From: Utricularia gibba
Taxonomy: Eukaryota; Plantae; Magnoliophyta
DNA length: 64,000 nucleotides
NCBI GenBank assembly: GCA_002189035.1
Contig: NEEC01000009.1
Span: forward strand, 1,240,001-1,304,000
Direction of reading: 5' to 3'
Shown piece after piece: positions 63,612-64,000 of this stretch; the first letter of the stretch is position 1, and every line of letters starts with the position of its first letter. A model generated the notes under the pieces. That model had not been told where the DNA came from, searched no databases, and saw nothing but the letters and a program-made list of their open reading frames with translations. Position numbers and translations under genes: made by a program.

Positions 63612-64000
63612 ATGAGCCAAGAACAGCCGACGAGTTCGCCGGAAGGGACCAAGCAACAGGAACCCATCAAATATGGTGACGTTTTCGATGTGTCTGGGGA
63701 GCTTGCGGAGAAGCCGATTGCCCCTAAAGATGCCGCAATGATGCAGGCAGCTGAGGCCAAAGTTTTGGGGAAAACTGAGAAAGGCGGAACAGCCGCCGTG
63801 ATGCAGTCTGCGGCAAATCTTAATGAAAACGTTGGCGCCGTTAGCCACCACGAGGTCACCGATATTGCAGGTTCTGAAGGTGTTGCCGTCACCGAGATCG
63901 ATATCCCCGGGACCAAAATAATCATGAAATCCGTTGGCGGGCAGGTTGTGGAGCAGTATGCTGAACCTGCGGATTCAGGGAAGCGCCTCAGGCTGCTATA
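63612..64000 (+). CDS. Late embryogenesis abundant protein D-34 / seed maturation protein (SMP), 3' truncated by the window edge
   Basis: MSQEQP...EPIKYGDVFDVSGELAEKPIAPKDAAMMQAAE...KGGTAAVMQSAA..NE..G; not listed in the ORF track because it runs off the window. Confidence 0.93.
   Translation, partial: MSQEQPTSSPEGTKQQEPIKYGDVFDVSGELAEKPIAPKDAAMMQAAEAKVLGKTEKGGTAAVMQSAANLNENVGAVSHHEVTDIAGSEGVAVTEIDIPGTKIIMKSVGGQVVEQYAEPADSGKRLRLL

Noticed and set aside
63940-63965. Absence of an intron at GGQ-VVEQY in the LEA D-34 gene
   Set aside because: My recollection of an intron at this position in homologues is not secure enough, and the gene is truncated by the window.

Overview
This is eudicot nuclear DNA from a very compact genome. 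It holds 22 protein-coding genes in 64 kb, mostly with short introns, and I recognise no transposon, tRNA, rRNA or CRISPR array. Gene order: AG-peptide, GDSL lipase, HAWAIIAN SKIRT F-box, delta-8 sphingolipid desaturase, UPF2, SSU72, IDD zinc finger, plastid DnaJ, Nudix hydrolase, cytosolic glutamine synthetase, CHLM, glycyl-tRNA synthetase, SURNod19-like, calnexin, Tudor-SN, SAGA ADA1-like, WRI3/4-like AP2 factor, aspartic protease, SDE3 helicase, two head-to-head GPI-type LTPs, and a partial LEA D-34/SMP gene. Six clear single-base frameshifts (plus one or two probable ones) interrupt otherwise intact conserved genes, mostly at short C/G runs. These are most likely consensus errors. The best leads are: a cluster of miRNA-complementary sites upstream of HWS; a GlyRS lacking its WHEP domain and presequence; a periodic Trp-repeat tail on SDE3; a multi-base deletion in SURNod19; a candidate secreted peptide; a duplicated splice donor in Tudor-SN; and a GC-AG intron in UPF2. 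All family assignments come from recognising motifs in translation and from recalled homologues; no database search was run.
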